DNA of 64,000 bases, taken from positions 74,779 through 138,778 of the forward strand of contig CAMCTJ010000007.1 of assembly GCA_945878405.1 (NCBI GenBank), given 5' to 3'. The position numbers and the translations under genes were made by a program. Below are positions 29,300-39,194 of this stretch, one piece after another. Source of the stretch: Bdellovibrio sp. ZAP7. GTDB lineage: Bacteria > Bdellovibrionota > FAC87 > UBA2466. Positions within the stretch are counted from its first letter, which is position 1; the number at the start of each line of letters is the position of its first letter. The notes under the pieces were generated by a model that searched no databases, was not told the DNA's origin, and worked only from the letters and a program-made list of their open reading frames with translations.

Positions 29300-29869
29300 A
29301 TGATGGAACCGGTTTCATCGCCTCTTCAGGGGGCACTAGGCTACTTACTGATTGGAGAGATTGTCGGTGTTACTTCTTTGTCATGGGCTTGTATTGGAAT
29401 GATGTTGAGAAAGCTTCGTCATGAGGCAGTAGAGATTTCTGAGCCCGTCGCTGAAGCGCCTCCCCTGGTAAAAGTGGAAGAAAGCCCGGAATACATGGCT
29501 TTGTTGGAAAAAATCAGCCAACTGGAAGCTGAAAAGTTGAAGGTTCAAGAAGCACAATCAGGAACAGCTGAATTAGAAAAACTGCAGAAGACGATTGCAT
29601 ATTTAGAGAACAAATTACTGGAATATGAAATTGTTCAAGAAGAGATCAGTATTCTAGGCGAACTTAAAGCAGAGAATGAAAAACTGAAATTAGAATTGAA
29701 TTCCTTGCGGAGTGCGCAAGGAGTCGCCCCTGGGGCAGAGGAGTTGATTAAAAAGCAGTTTTCAGAGTTCTCAGAGGCAGAGCCCAAAAAAGATGCGATG
29801 CCCGAAGACATCCAAACCCTATTATCTGATATAGAATCTCTTTCTAAAGATAAACCGGCAAAACCTTAG
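29300..29869 (+). CDS. Membrane-anchored coiled-coil hypothetical protein
   Basis: 189 aa. One N-terminal hydrophobic segment, then heptad-rich 'LEAEKLKVQE..LEKLQKTIAYLENKLLEYE'. Confidence 0.3.
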   Translation: MMEPVSSPLQGALGYLLIGEIVGVTSLSWACIGMMLRKLRHEAVEISEPVAEAPPLVKVEESPEYMALLEKISQLEAEKLKVQEAQSGTAELEKLQKTIAYLENKLLEYEIVQEEISILGELKAENEKLKLELNSLRSAQGVAPGAEELIKKQFSEFSEAEPKKDAMPEDIQTLLSDIESLSKDKPAKP

Positions 29870-30396
29870 TCTTGGCCTTTTCGCTTGCCTCTTTTTTCAA
29901 GAGCTTTGGTGAGTGCTTTTTCCATGCCCAAAACCTGTTCAATCCGATAGAGCAGAATCTTTTCTTCGATACCGTCAGCTGGATAGCTTAGCCACCCCGT
30001 GTAAAAATCCTGAAATTGCTCCAACTCCTTAATTATCCGAACTCTGACTAGCGGCTTATTCGTTCTTTCTGAAACAAGCCTCGCAAAACTCAATTTTAAG
30101 CTATACCGAAATCTTTCTGGCTGCTCCAAAGGTCCTGGATAGGTGAGGACCAATTCGTTGTAAGGCCCGTTTACCGTCTCCGTGATGATTCGGCCCGAGT
30201 CTTTATTTGAAACCCGTAACGGGTAGTCATTCAAAGATTTTAGTGCAGCGAGCCATACGTCGTCATAAGTTCCTTCGTAAAGCCGAGTCCGAAAAGCCTC
30301 ATCTGCTGGATGTTGTGACGCGCACCCACCAAACAGAAAAGCAGTGCCGACAAAAACCCCAAAAACCATTGAATTTAAAGACTTCCAAAACGCCAT
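29866..30396 (-). CDS. Hypothetical lipoprotein
   Basis: 176 aa. Signal peptide with lipobox 'LFGGCAS'. No family recognised. Confidence 0.4.
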   Translation of the reverse strand: MAFWKSLNSMVFGVFVGTAFLFGGCASQHPADEAFRTRLYEGTYDDVWLAALKSLNDYPLRVSNKDSGRIITETVNGPYNELVLTYPGPLEQPERFRYSLKLSFARLVSERTNKPLVRVRIIKELEQFQDFYTGWLSYPADGIEEKILLYRIEQVLGMEKALTKALEKRGKRKGQD

Positions 30397-30469
30397 TTGT
30401 TGTTTATAATTTTAGTTATCAATAATAATATTAGCCAATAAACGGTTAAAATCAGGAGCGTCGCAGCAA

Positions 30470-31672
30470 ATGTTAACGCAGCAGGTAAACAAAGCTCTTT
30501 TTTGGGTCCTTTTTCAGCTTTCGAAATCGCTAAAAAAGCGTTCTCAAAAAGACTGGGAAAAGTTCGTGCATCGCTCGATTGATTTAGAACCCTCTAGGGT
30601 CCATCGGCAGAATCCAAACGTTTATAAAGCATTTAAACAGACGACCCCGGAAAGCCTTGCTGGAAAGGGCTCTTGGGTGGAGGCGCTGCAGCCAGAAAAA
30701 CCGCAGGTTTCGTTGCCTCGATGGGCTCAAGAAATTCAGCCGTTTCTTCAGAATCAATTAAGTGACCACACGCGGCGAGCTTATGAAGGAGATCTGAAGC
30801 AGTTCTTTTTGTTTTTAGAAGGTCGGATTAGCCCAGAGGATCTCAAAGCACTCAAGCCGGAACACATTATTTTATTTAGAAAGTCCCTGGAAGAGGGCCG
30901 GCTTACGGGAAAAGTACTTGAGAAAACGACCGTGAATCGAAAGCTGGCCGTCGTGAAGAGCTTTTTAAGCTGGCTTAAACTTAACCAGTTGATTTCAGAG
31001 AATCCGGCTGAACTAGTAAAAGGCTTTCCGCAAAATCAGGAATCGAGTCTGAAGGGTTTTTCAGATGAAGAAGCGAGAAGGATCCTCTTGTTGCCCAAAT
31101 TAAACTCAAAAGCGGGAGCTCTTCATTCGGCTATTCTTCATATGCTTTTTTATATGGGGCTTCGGAAAGCTGAGCTGATGTCCCTTCGCATGGGGGATAT
31201 CAGTGAAGAGCGGGGAGTTCCGGTTTTAAAAGTAAGAGGGAAGGGGCATCGAATTAGAACGCTGCCGTTAGTACCCATAGTGAGAGCAAGCCTTGAACAT
31301 TATTTTAATGTTTGTAGACGAAATCTGACCCAAACTGAGAGCTTCGTATTCGCTCCAACTAAGAATCCTCTAAATGGAAACTTAGAAAAGCCTTTGGGGC
31401 CAAATGCCATTACTTATATTGTTACCCATTACGCCAAAAAAGCAGGAGTCTTGCAGAAAGTATCTCCCCATTCTTGCCGAGCGACTTGTATTTCAAACGC
31501 CCTCGATAAAAAAGCCACTCATCGCAGCGTTCAGTACTTAGCAGGTTGGTCCACACCCCTTATGATCCAGCGGTATGATAAACGCCGAGAAGAGCTGAAA
31601 AACTCAGCGGCTTTTGTTGTAGATTATTCTAGCGAGGAAGCAAAAAGTACTTCATCTGATTTTCGAAGTTAG
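30470..31672 (+). CDS. Tyrosine site-specific recombinase/integrase with ~100-aa N-terminal extension
   Basis: 400 aa. SAM-like core-binding region 'RRAYEGDLKQF', catalytic region 'LRKAEL..HSCRATCISNALD...VQYLAGWSTPLMIQRYDKR' (R..HxxR..Y). Confidence 0.7.
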   Translation: MLTQQVNKALFWVLFQLSKSLKKRSQKDWEKFVHRSIDLEPSRVHRQNPNVYKAFKQTTPESLAGKGSWVEALQPEKPQVSLPRWAQEIQPFLQNQLSDHTRRAYEGDLKQFFLFLEGRISPEDLKALKPEHIILFRKSLEEGRLTGKVLEKTTVNRKLAVVKSFLSWLKLNQLISENPAELVKGFPQNQESSLKGFSDEEARRILLLPKLNSKAGALHSAILHMLFYMGLRKAELMSLRMGDISEERGVPVLKVRGKGHRIRTLPLVPIVRASLEHYFNVCRRNLTQTESFVFAPTKNPLNGNLEKPLGPNAITYIVTHYAKKAGVLQKVSPHSCRATCISNALDKKATHRSVQYLAGWSTPLMIQRYDKRREELKNSAAFVVDYSSEEAKSTSSDFRS

Positions 31673-32840
31673 CGTTGCTCAACTTAGCACCTGCAGGAGC
31701 ATAGGAGATTGAAACCAAGCAATCGCCGGCTTCTAGATTTACAGAAGACTTGAGTTCTTGACTGACTGTTTCTTGAATAAGTCCGGCGAAGCCATGTGAA
31801 GTTTTTTTATCGATGGTATGAACAAGTTGTGTATCGGCAGGGAGGTAGCGTAATAAGGTTGCTCTCGAACCTTGATGCTTGAGAACGCGGGCCGCTTGTT
31901 TTTGGGGAAATGTGCCACATCCCCCTTTTGCAACATAAAATTCTGTGATCGAATGATTTGCTCCTAAGTTACTATAGTTGCCATAAATGGATTTTAATTC
32001 ACTCTTAAAACCAATGGGTTGCAGATAGGCCATCGCTGTCCCAATTGATGGAGCTGGAAAGAACTCGTGGCCGGTGCTCAAGAGAACTGGTGCTCGTGTA
32101 TGCTTTGCAGATTCGCTTTGATCAAACTCCAGCGTTACGTCCGCGGACATGGTGAAAGTAGAGGTGCCAGAAAGGGGTCCCCCGTCAAAAATAAAGACGA
32201 GACATCCACTTACTGGAATGGGGGACGGAAAAGAATAGTTCAGATTAGCATCACTTGTTCCCCTTAAAATAAATTGCGCTAAATTGTGTCTTACTGGACC
32301 GAGGAAATCGTAAAACTGTTTGTCGTAGTAGAGAAAAGGGCCATGATTTTCATTAGGGCATTTATCAGCCACCATTAGGGAATTGAGAGAAAGAGTATAA
32401 TCTCCACTTTGAAGAAGTCGGACTTTTCCGGAGAGTTTCGAAAGGTAACTTGTTCCTGCGGGAAGAGGAGCGGTTTTAATAAACTTGTAATAACGAATAG
32501 AGCTGGAAGCTGTGTAGGTAACGGCTTTTTTTACCGTCATTTTAGAGCCGTCGGCCGAAAACTCTGGCGCTTGGGTGTGTTGGGGACGTCTGTTCCGGCA
32601 AGCTTCTAAATCACTTGTATCAACTACCGGAAGGCCAAGCTTAGCCCCAGCGGGTTGTCTAACTCCTTGGACGAGGGGATTAATACAATGGGCCCATAAA
32701 CCAATCCCTTTAGCCCAAGCCCCTGATATAAAACCAGCATTAAGACAGGCTCTCTTGATTTTCGCACAGCTACCAGCAAAAGAGGGGACGCTGAAAAAGG
32801 TGATGAGAAGAATGTTTAAGTATAAAAATGTTTTGTTCAT
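31629..32840 (-). CDS. Secreted hypothetical protein
   Basis: ORF 31629-32870. The Met at 32840 gives signal peptide MNKTFLYLNILLITFFSVPSFA. Cys-containing, no family recognised. Confidence 0.4.
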   Translation of the reverse strand: MNKTFLYLNILLITFFSVPSFAGSCAKIKRACLNAGFISGAWAKGIGLWAHCINPLVQGVRQPAGAKLGLPVVDTSDLEACRNRRPQHTQAPEFSADGSKMTVKKAVTYTASSSIRYYKFIKTAPLPAGTSYLSKLSGKVRLLQSGDYTLSLNSLMVADKCPNENHGPFLYYDKQFYDFLGPVRHNLAQFILRGTSDANLNYSFPSPIPVSGCLVFIFDGGPLSGTSTFTMSADVTLEFDQSESAKHTRAPVLLSTGHEFFPAPSIGTAMAYLQPIGFKSELKSIYGNYSNLGANHSITEFYVAKGGCGTFPQKQAARVLKHQGSRATLLRYLPADTQLVHTIDKKTSHGFAGLIQETVSQELKSSVNLEAGDCLVSISYAPAGAKLSNANFENQMKYFLLPR

Positions 32841-33162
32841 GGGCTTTTCCTTAAGCAAAACCCAATCCAAATCTAGACAGCCGTAAACTCGATAAGCAGG
32901 TGTCTAACTTTTTTGGGACTACACCAGGAAGATTAAAAAACCACAATGAGAGCAGCCTCTTAGAATGTCTAATTCCTATACACCATTAAGTTCCTACAAA
33001 TTCCAATGCACAAACGAGGGCTTAGCCAAAAGGTACGGCTTTACTTTAGGCGGTTTTTTAATATCCTAGAAGATATCCCAAGGAGCGCTGCGAGGCACCT
33101 TCTGCCCTAGGCTTGGAATTTATAACGGCGCTCAATCCAATAAAATTTTTAAGGAGCCAGAC

Positions 33163-34563
33163 ATGCACAGCGTAAGAGATTTTGTCGTTGCCGATATGGG
33201 ATTAGCCGATTGGGGTCACAAAGAAATAAAAATTGCGGAAACAGAAATGCCTGGCCTTATGGCAATTCGCGAAGAGTATGCAGCTTCTCAGCCCCTCAAA
33301 GGAGCTCGGATTACTGGCTCCCTTCACATGACGATTCAAACGGCGGTTCTGATTGAAACGCTTACTGCCCTGGGAGCAAAAGTTCGTTGGGCTTCTTGTA
33401 ACATTTTCTCAACGCAAGATCATGCGGCAGCAGCAGTTGCCGATTGGGGAGTGCCGGTATTTGCAGTGAAAGGCGAAACTTTAGCTGACTACTGGGAATA
33501 TACCCATCGAATTTTTGAGTGGACTGATGGCGGGTACACCAACATGATTTTGGATGATGGCGGGGACGCTACTCTTTTACTTCACTTAGGTGCCAAAGCT
33601 GAAAAAGATATCTCTGTGCTAGCGAAACCCACTTCAGAAGAAGAAACTGTTTTATTTGCAGCGATTAAGAAAAAACTATCTACAGACCCCAAGTGGTATT
33701 CTACTCGCCTGTCTCATGTAAAAGGCGTGACGGAAGAAACCACCACGGGAGTGAATCGCCTCATTCGTATGCATGAGCGAGGTGAATTAAAGTTCCCCGC
33801 GATCAATGTGAATGATTCAGTAACGAAATCCAAATTTGATAATCTCTATGGATGCCGTGAATCTCTCGTCGACGGAATTAAGCGCGCTACCGATGTGATG
33901 GTGGCTGGAAAAGTAGCTGTCGTCGCTGGCTACGGAGATGTAGGAAAAGGCTCAGCTCAAGCTTTAAGAGCGTTATCGGCTCAAGTATGGGTGACGGAAA
34001 TCGATCCCATCTGCGCACTTCAGGCAGCGATGGAAGGTTACCGAGTGGTCACAATGGATTATGCGGCTGATCAAGCCGATATCTTTGTGACTGCCACTGG
34101 GAATTTCAATGTAATCACTCATGAGCACATGGCTAAAATGAAAGACCAAGCGATTGTCTGTAATATCGGACACTTTGATAATGAAATCGATGTGGCTTCG
34201 CTTGAAAAATATAAGTGGGAAGAGATTAAGCCCCAAGTCGATCATGTGATTTTCCCCAATGGAAAAAGAATTATTCTTCTCGCAAAGGGCCGGTTAGTTA
34301 ACTTAGGTTGCGGGACAGGCCATCCTAGTTATGTGATGTCTTCTTCTTTTGCGAATCAAACGATTGCTCAAATTGAGCTATTTACGCAAACGGCGAAATA
34401 TCCAGTGGGCGTCTACACATTGCCAAAACACCTTGATGAAAAAGTCGCTCGGTTGCAGCTTAAGAAGCTCAATGCTGAATTGACAGTACTAAGAGACGAT
34501 CAAGCGAAGTACCTGGGAGTTTCCTTGCAAGGTCCCTACAAGCCGAATACTTATCGGTACTAG
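33163..34563 (+). CDS. ahcY: Adenosylhomocysteinase
   Basis: 466 aa. '[10 protein letters not shown]', '[20 protein letters not shown]' (NAD fold) and C-terminal '[21 protein letters not shown]'. Confidence 0.9.
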   Translation: MHSVRDFVVADMGLADWGHKEIKIAETEMPGLMAIREEYAASQPLKGARITGSLHMTIQTAVLIETLTALGAKVRWASCNIFSTQDHAAAAVADWGVPVFAVKGETLADYWEYTHRIFEWTDGGYTNMILDDGGDATLLLHLGAKAEKDISVLAKPTSEEETVLFAAIKKKLSTDPKWYSTRLSHVKGVTEETTTGVNRLIRMHERGELKFPAINVNDSVTKSKFDNLYGCRESLVDGIKRATDVMVAGKVAVVAGYGDVGKGSAQALRALSAQVWVTEIDPICALQAAMEGYRVVTMDYAADQADIFVTATGNFNVITHEHMAKMKDQAIVCNIGHFDNEIDVASLEKYKWEEIKPQVDHVIFPNGKRIILLAKGRLVNLGCGTGHPSYVMSSSFANQTIAQIELFTQTAKYPVGVYTLPKHLDEKVARLQLKKLNAELTVLRDDQAKYLGVSLQGPYKPNTYRY

Positions 34564-34564
34564 A

Positions 34565-36439
34565 ATGGCTATTCACCAGCTTACTGAAGAACAGATCCGA
34601 TCCATGACCCTTGAGGAAAAGGATCGCTGGTGGCTCAAAAACTGTTTTAAAGGCGATATGCCTCAGCTGACTATCCGTTCGGCTCTCACTGGTATGCTCA
34701 TTGGTGGCATTTTGAGCATTACCAACATTTACGTGGGAGTGAAAACGGGTTGGACTCTGGGAGTGGGTATTACGTCAGTTGTGTTGGCTTTTGCTGTGTT
34801 TAAAGTGTTTTCAAGGTTTGGCATCGGCTCGGAAATAAGCGTTCTTGAAAACAATGCCATGCAATCCATCGCTACTTCTGCTGGCTACATGACGGCACCT
34901 TTGGTGTCTTCCATTGCCGCCTACATGGTCATTACGGGAACCATGATTCCCCAATACCAGACGATGGTGTGGATCTCTCTTCTTTCGTTGCTGGGAGTGT
35001 TCTTTGCTTTTCCTCTGAAGAAAAGATTTATTAATGACGAACAACTGCCTTTTCCAGAAGGGCGAGCGGCTGGTGTTGTCATGGATAGTCTTCACTCTGA
35101 TGTCGGCGGAAAAGAAGGGGTTTTAAAAGCCAAGATTCTCGTTTTTGGGGCAGCACTGAGCGCACTGGTTGAGTTTTTTCGAAGCGACAAACTTCTCAGT
35201 CATCTCAAATTAGACAAGGTTCGACTCCCTGAGCACTGGGATGACTTTATTTATTCATTTAATGGCTTTGTTCCCAAAATTATGGGGACACCGCTTAAAG
35301 ATCTGTCAGTCCGTTGGGATTCCTCTTTAGTGATGGTGGCCACCGGGGGCCTCATGGGAACCAAAGTTGGGTGCAGTCTTTTGCTCGGAGCTATTTTTAA
35401 TTACTGTTTTCTGGTGCCGTGGGCTATTTCCGATGGACTCATTGGCAAAGTAGCTTGGAAAGAAATCAACATGTGGCTTCTCTGGGGAGGGGTGGCCATG
35501 ATGACGACCTCATCGCTGTACTCATTTTTTGCTAAGCCTGAATTTATTTTGGCGGCCTTTAAGAAGCGAAAAGAACCCAAACAAAAAGATATTCTTTCCC
35601 ACATTGAAGTCCCTTTGTGGTGTTCGTTGGTTGGTATTCCCGTCACGGGTCTGCTCCTCTTAGTTCTAGGAAAAGCTTGGTTTAATATCGAGTGGTGGGT
35701 CACTGTGGTGGCGATTCCTTTGGTTTTTGTCTTTACTTTGATTGCTGTAACTTCCACGGGATTAACCGCGATTACTCCTGGGGGAGCTTTGGGGAAATTA
35801 ACCCAATTGACGTTTGCTATTTTAAAGCCCGGTGACATGGGAACCAATATTATGACAGCCGGGATTAACGGCGAAGTGGCTCTGAACGCTTCCAATTTGT
35901 TGATGGATATAAAGCCAGGATACATGTTGGGGGGGAAGCCCAGACATCAAGCGATTGGCCATTGCCTCGGAATCATTGCGGGGGCCTTAGTTTCGGTGCC
36001 CATTTTTTATCTGTTAATCCAAAATGATATTTCTAAAATTACTTCGGAAGAGTTACCGATGCCGGGAGCACAAATTTGGATTGCAGTGGCAAAAGTATTA
36101 TCCTCAGGACTCAGTGTTTTGCCTCAGTCCACACGTGTGGCGGTCTTGATTGGCGGCTTTCTGGGAGTTTTGATTGAGTTTATGAATCGAAGAACGCGCG
36201 GGAAGTTTCCTGTTTCTGCGATGGGATTAGGCCTATCTTTTGTTTTGAAATTTTCTGATTGCTGGTCGATGGCGTTAGGCAGTTTGATCTTTTGGGCGCT
36301 CGGCCGAAGTTTAAAGAACCGAGAAACTACTGCTTCCAAAATATTTGTAGATAATCAGGAAACTGCATGCGCTGGGGTGATTGCCGGCGGTTCCATCATG
36401 GGAATTGTTATCATTATTATTGAGCAAATCGTATTGTAG
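34565..36439 (+). CDS. OPT-family oligopeptide transporter
   Basis: 624 aa. About 15 TM segments. N-terminus 'LTIRSALTGMLIGGILSITNIYVGVKTGWT' is typical of OPT/YSL transporters. Confidence 0.75.
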   Translation: MAIHQLTEEQIRSMTLEEKDRWWLKNCFKGDMPQLTIRSALTGMLIGGILSITNIYVGVKTGWTLGVGITSVVLAFAVFKVFSRFGIGSEISVLENNAMQSIATSAGYMTAPLVSSIAAYMVITGTMIPQYQTMVWISLLSLLGVFFAFPLKKRFINDEQLPFPEGRAAGVVMDSLHSDVGGKEGVLKAKILVFGAALSALVEFFRSDKLLSHLKLDKVRLPEHWDDFIYSFNGFVPKIMGTPLKDLSVRWDSSLVMVATGGLMGTKVGCSLLLGAIFNYCFLVPWAISDGLIGKVAWKEINMWLLWGGVAMMTTSSLYSFFAKPEFILAAFKKRKEPKQKDILSHIEVPLWCSLVGIPVTGLLLLVLGKAWFNIEWWVTVVAIPLVFVFTLIAVTSTGLTAITPGGALGKLTQLTFAILKPGDMGTNIMTAGINGEVALNASNLLMDIKPGYMLGGKPRHQAIGHCLGIIAGALVSVPIFYLLIQNDISKITSEELPMPGAQIWIAVAKVLSSGLSVLPQSTRVAVLIGGFLGVLIEFMNRRTRGKFPVSAMGLGLSFVLKFSDCWSMALGSLIFWALGRSLKNRETTASKIFVDNQETACAGVIAGGSIMGIVIIIIEQIVL

Positions 36440-36459
36440 GTCTGAGACTGAGAAAAAGA

Positions 36460-36535
36460 GTGGTAGCTGGGGAGGGATTCGAACCCCCGACCAAAGGATT
36501 ATGATTCCCTTGCTCTACCGACTGAGCTACCCAGC
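36460..36535 (-). tRNA. tRNA-Met elongator-type (anticodon CAU; could alternatively be tRNA-Ile2 if C34 is lysidinylated)
   Basis: Reverse complement reads GGCUGGGUAGCUCAGUCGGUAGAGCAAGGAAUCAUAAUCCUUUGGUCGGGGGUUCGAAUCCCUCCCCAGCUACCA. The G1 pairing excludes initiator tRNA. Confidence 0.8.
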
Positions 36536-36653
36536 CACAAAGAAACGACTCTAATCAGAGCCCCTAACCCTATAAAACCTTAAGGGATTTGTCTAGGGGT
36601 CCTTTCGTAATCAACCGCTTAGAATTTGGAGAAAATAAGCCGAAAAGAGGCTT

Positions 36654-38717
36654 ATGGAAAAGAAAAAAGACTGGGCTTACCAGCTCTTAGGACTTTTGCT
36701 CATTGTGGGGTTGGGGATAGCTCTGCATCTCACGTGGCACCACGAAAATAGCTATTACGGCGACTCTCAAGCCAAGCTTGGGTTTTGTCCTGAGAACGCA
36801 GTGATTAACTGCGATGTCGTCAATACCAGTCGGTTTTCGGAAGTTTTGGGAATTCCCATCGCCGTCTTTGCCATTCCCACTTATCTTTTTCTTTTGATTC
36901 TTCTCTTGGTTAGAAGACGCTTCTCACAGGTCCCGTTGGCCATTTTCCTGATTGGCCTCGCAACCACTGCGTATTCCGTTTTTTTAGCAGGGGTGTCCTA
37001 TTTCGAAATTGGTTATGGATGTCTTTGGTGCATGGGGCTTTACGCAATCAACGGATTAACTGCAGTTATCGGCTACAGTGCCTATAAACAGAGTCAGGCA
37101 GTTCCTCCTGCCATCTCTGGGGCCTTCTATCGATTTGCTATTCCGAGTTTTTTAGTATTAGCCGCACTCTCACTTTCAGGACAAAGAATCTATCGAGTCA
37201 TGTTGCAAAAACGTTTTGTGGCACAAAATGATTTGAGAAAGAGGACTGCAGCGGAGCTTTGGAAACCAAAGGCGTTTCGATTTGCCACAAGCTTTTACAA
37301 GCCGGACTTTACAGCAGACAAACGGGTAAGAGTAGACCCACAAGATCTGCAGCCGCTGGTCGGGAATGGAAAGCCTGTGGCGCTTATCTACCACATCCCC
37401 GGACTTTTCCAGTCTGATACGTTTGCGCCTCAGATTTTAAAGGTAATTCAGAAGCAACTTCCCGAAGCCCAAGTATTTCTGGTAATCGCCGTAAGAGATG
37501 CCAATCGATTGGAAGGGATTATAGAAGATGTCGCTAACTCTCATGAGCTGAAGAAGATTCCTCTCTTGTTTGACCTCGATTCGGCAAACTTACGAATGCT
37601 AGGTTTCCCTCCCAACCAAGGGGCCTTGCTTTTGATCGGAAAAGAGGGGTCCTTATTATCTAACCAACTAACGGACGTCGCTCGAAAGATCACTCTGGGC
37701 AATCAAGAGATAGCTATTTCAGAATATCTTTCCCGTGTTGCTCGAGGGGATTCCGATTTGTCACTTTCACAGATGCAATCCTCTTTAGGAGGCGAAAATC
37801 TGATTGGAAAATGTGCTCCCGCCTTTAACTTAAAAGATTTAGCAGGGCATAAAACGTTTTCTTTCAACCCCAGCAAACTCAAAAAACCTACGCTCCTAGT
37901 TTTCTGGAGTCCGACGTGTTCTCATTGTCGTGAGGAACTTCCAAAACTTGTGAAGTATCACAACACACGAAAAAAAGAATTAGACATTGTCAGCATCACT
38001 CGAACTCGACCTCAAAGATATGTCAGCGGAAAAGACCCAGTGGTTTTCACTCTGGACTATGCGAAAAGCATCGGTCTTAATTGGCCTATTTTGAGTGATT
38101 CTGGCCTTGCTTCCAATCTCTATCGAGCAGACTCAACCCCGACGTCTATTCTCATTTCCTCCTCAGGGAAAGTGGAGCGCTTCTGGAAGGGATCGGTGCC
38201 GGGCCTGGAGACAGTGTATGACAATGCTCTTCGAGGGGTTTCGTTACCTTCAAAAGAGTCCTGTGAGCCTTTGGGAACGATTGAAAAGCCTCAACTAACT
38301 TTGTCTTTGAGCACTTCAGATTCTCGAAAAGTTCTGAGCAGTGAAATAATTAAAAAGCCTACCTTGGTTCATTTCTGGGCGACTTGGTGCTTGCCTTGTC
38401 AGGAAGAGCTTCCTCACTTTATAAAATTTGCAAAAGAAATAAAATCTCAGGGAGTTGACACGCTTCTTGTAACTGTGGAATCAGTGAGCGATAAAGGCAA
38501 AGTTACCGACTTTCTAAAGCCCTATGGGTGGGCAGGGGCGGTCTATTATTCGCCCAGGGGTGGTATTTACGATATGATCAATACTGCTTACAGTGTGCCG
38601 AGAACTTATTTGGTGAATGCTAAAGGCGAAGTACTTAAAAAGTACCTCGGGTCCCAAGAATGGCAAAACGAAAATTTTCAGGAGTTAGTAAACACATGGT
38701 TTCAAAACACTCTCTAA
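36654..38717 (+). CDS. VKOR (vitamin K epoxide reductase)-domain membrane protein fused to two thioredoxin/TlpA-like domains
   Basis: 687 aa. N-terminal 4-5 TM with loop Cys pair 'CPENAVINCD' and TM CxxC 'GCLWCMG'. Two periplasmic Trx folds with 'WSPTCSHCREELP' and 'WATWCLPCQEELP'. Confidence 0.7.
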   Translation: MEKKKDWAYQLLGLLLIVGLGIALHLTWHHENSYYGDSQAKLGFCPENAVINCDVVNTSRFSEVLGIPIAVFAIPTYLFLLILLLVRRRFSQVPLAIFLIGLATTAYSVFLAGVSYFEIGYGCLWCMGLYAINGLTAVIGYSAYKQSQAVPPAISGAFYRFAIPSFLVLAALSLSGQRIYRVMLQKRFVAQNDLRKRTAAELWKPKAFRFATSFYKPDFTADKRVRVDPQDLQPLVGNGKPVALIYHIPGLFQSDTFAPQILKVIQKQLPEAQVFLVIAVRDANRLEGIIEDVANSHELKKIPLLFDLDSANLRMLGFPPNQGALLLIGKEGSLLSNQLTDVARKITLGNQEIAISEYLSRVARGDSDLSLSQMQSSLGGENLIGKCAPAFNLKDLAGHKTFSFNPSKLKKPTLLVFWSPTCSHCREELPKLVKYHNTRKKELDIVSITRTRPQRYVSGKDPVVFTLDYAKSIGLNWPILSDSGLASNLYRADSTPTSILISSSGKVERFWKGSVPGLETVYDNALRGVSLPSKESCEPLGTIEKPQLTLSLSTSDSRKVLSSEIIKKPTLVHFWATWCLPCQEELPHFIKFAKEIKSQGVDTLLVTVESVSDKGKVTDFLKPYGWAGAVYYSPRGGIYDMINTAYSVPRTYLVNAKGEVLKKYLGSQEWQNENFQELVNTWFQNTL

Positions 38718-39193
38718 TTATTTTGTCATTGATGCTTGTTACGAATTTGGCCATGGCCACTGGGAGAGGTCACCGGGGGGTTGGCGAAGTTGAGCCAATC
38801 AAGAGAAAAAAAGTATTCGGTTCCGACCGAGAGCCAGCCATTCTCAACCTAAACGATGAACTGGAAGCTTTAAGTGAATTGAATGTTGCTCCTCAAGAAA
38901 TCTTCTTTAATAAGTTTCTGGTCGTAGATGACAAAATACTTCTTTTTGGCGAGAAGCTAACCGGTGTCTTAACGTGTTCTGGAAGGGCTGGGGCAAGTCT
39001 GGTGATTAGTGAGTCCCGTCAGATCAATACGAAATCTCTTAAGATGCCACCGGGGGCACGTTCATTAAGTTTTAAAGACGGTGAGCTCTGTCAATCAGCT
39101 CTCACCGTCTTTAAGAACGATCCGAAGGGAGAAAGTCGCCTTATCGTCGCCGAAGTTCTTTCTGAAAAAGTCGTTCGGCTCGATATTCGCTAG
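38696..39193 (+). CDS. Secreted hypothetical protein
   Basis: ORF 38660-39193. The Met at 38696 gives signal peptide MVSKHSLIILSLMLVTNLAMA. No family recognised. Confidence 0.3.
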   Translation: MVSKHSLIILSLMLVTNLAMATGRGHRGVGEVEPIKRKKVFGSDREPAILNLNDELEALSELNVAPQEIFFNKFLVVDDKILLFGEKLTGVLTCSGRAGASLVISESRQINTKSLKMPPGARSLSFKDGELCQSALTVFKNDPKGESRLIVAEVLSEKVVRLDIR

Positions 39194-39194
39194 A

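Noticed and set aside
33973-34245. 90-aa minus-strand ORF inside ahcY
   Set aside because: Antisense to the highly conserved adenosylhomocysteinase.
35401-35925. 174-aa minus-strand ORF inside the OPT transporter gene
   Set aside because: Antisense to a 15-TM transporter with good family support. Hydrophobic mirror-frame artefact.
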